A DNA stretch of 64,000 nucleotides from Mobula birostris (taxonomy: Eukaryota): NCBI RefSeq assembly GCF_030028105.1, contig NC_092383.1:87811921-87875920 (forward strand), in the 5' to 3' direction. Each line of letters begins with the position of its first letter. The stretch's first letter is position 1. Position numbers and translations under genes: made by a program. A model generated the notes under the pieces. It ran no database searches, was not told the DNA's origin, and saw only the letters and a program-made list of their open reading frames with translations. This document shows positions 62,903 through 64,000 of the stretch, piece after piece.

Positions 62903-64000
62903 GTATATTGTTTCCAATCTCTTCATTTCTATGTTCACATTAAATGCAATCAAAGGCAGAATCTGAAGAGTTGCTGTAAATTCCCTGAGATAACTGCTTC
63001 ACACAGAACAGATTATAACCTGCACATTAAGTCAAAGTTCAGTTTATTGTTATTTGCATAGATACCTGCGTGCACAAGTTCAACGAAGAACATGCAGCAG
63101 CAACGCAGACACAGAGTATCAGGTGCACAACATTAAAACATGAATTATATAAAACTATAAAAGAAAGAACTCAATTAGACAAAAAAATCAATTATTGCAA
63201 AGACGTCAAAGTGATCATATAGTTGCCATACAGTAATGCCTCAAAAAGTGGCGTCCATTATTAAGGCCTCCCATCACCTAGCACGCGACCTCTTCTACAA
63301 GAGACACAGGATCCTGAAGGCACACACTCACCAATAGAATTCTCACCAATACAATACCAATTCTCCCCCTCTGCCATCTGATTTCTGAATCAAAATTGAA
63401 CCCATAAACTTACCTTACTGCTTTTTTTCAGCACTACTTATTTAATTTCACTATTTTACATATATATACTTACTGTAATCCAGTTTTTTATTCTTATATA
63501 TTGCAATGTCCTGCTGCTGCAAAAACAACAAATTTTACGATATATGCTAGAGATATTAAACCTGATTCTGATTCTGATTACAGAGTGCCACGTTATTGTA
63601 GCAGTTAGCGTGATGTTATTACAGCTCGGGGTGGCAGAGCTCAGAATTCAATTCCTGTATCCTCATTAAGGAAACCTGTAGGTCTTTCCCAAGTGCACGT
63701 GGGTTTCCTTGAGTGCTGTGATTTCCTCCCACAGTCCAAAGACATACCAGTTCGTAGGTTAATTAGTCTATGTAAGTTGCTCTATGATAAACCTGGGGCT
63801 GAAGAGGTGGATTACTGACCGGCACAACTCATAGGGCCAGAAGAGCCTGTTCCACACTGTATCTCTAAATAAATGAATACTGAGATAGAGATTACGGTTC
63901 TGCAGTTCCTTCAAGAACCAAATGGTTGAACCTTGAACCTGGTGATGTCAAACTTCAGGCTTCTGTACCTCCTGTCCGATGGTAGCTGTGATAAATGCAT

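Noticed and set aside
36686-64000. Possibility that the repeated blocks are uncollapsed haplotypes or assembly artefacts
   Set aside because: Copies differ by many substitutions and by distinct TSD-flanked insertions, consistent with true paralogues; long-read confirmation is still advisable.

Overview
Eukaryotic (vertebrate) genomic DNA. The repeat content (CR1 LINEs with an SGNH-esterase ORF1, Rex1/Babar LINEs, Gypsy pol relics, Penelope-like ends, tRNA-SINEs) points to a cartilaginous fish, probably a ray; this is inference. The only host genes I can find are two tandem, + strand paralogues of a CD300/CMRF35/pIgR-like single V-type Ig-domain receptor, mostly invisible in the ORF track because the exons are short. 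Gene 1: leader upstream of the window, V exon 6182-6505, dead second V exon 10494-10816, Ser/Thr stalk 15524-15650, TM 21341-21454, short Tyr-free tail 23770-23851, AATAAA 23980. Gene 2: leader 34210-34306, V 42824-43147, stalk 57512-57632, TM 62795-62902, tail predicted beyond the window. Splice phases chain correctly in both. Both TMs carry an N-terminal Arg (WALTRWIVFGVLVL), so these look like adaptor-coupled activating receptors. The locus is built from nested segmental duplications and deletions, with V domains diverging almost entirely by amino-acid-changing substitutions. Gene 2 has a TM acceptor shift that is offset by a 2-nt indel. The rest is mobile-element debris, including a near full-length CR1 (47737-51844), two solo LTRs and a TIR element with a 6-bp TSD. 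All exon calls are manual and need RNA-seq confirmation.
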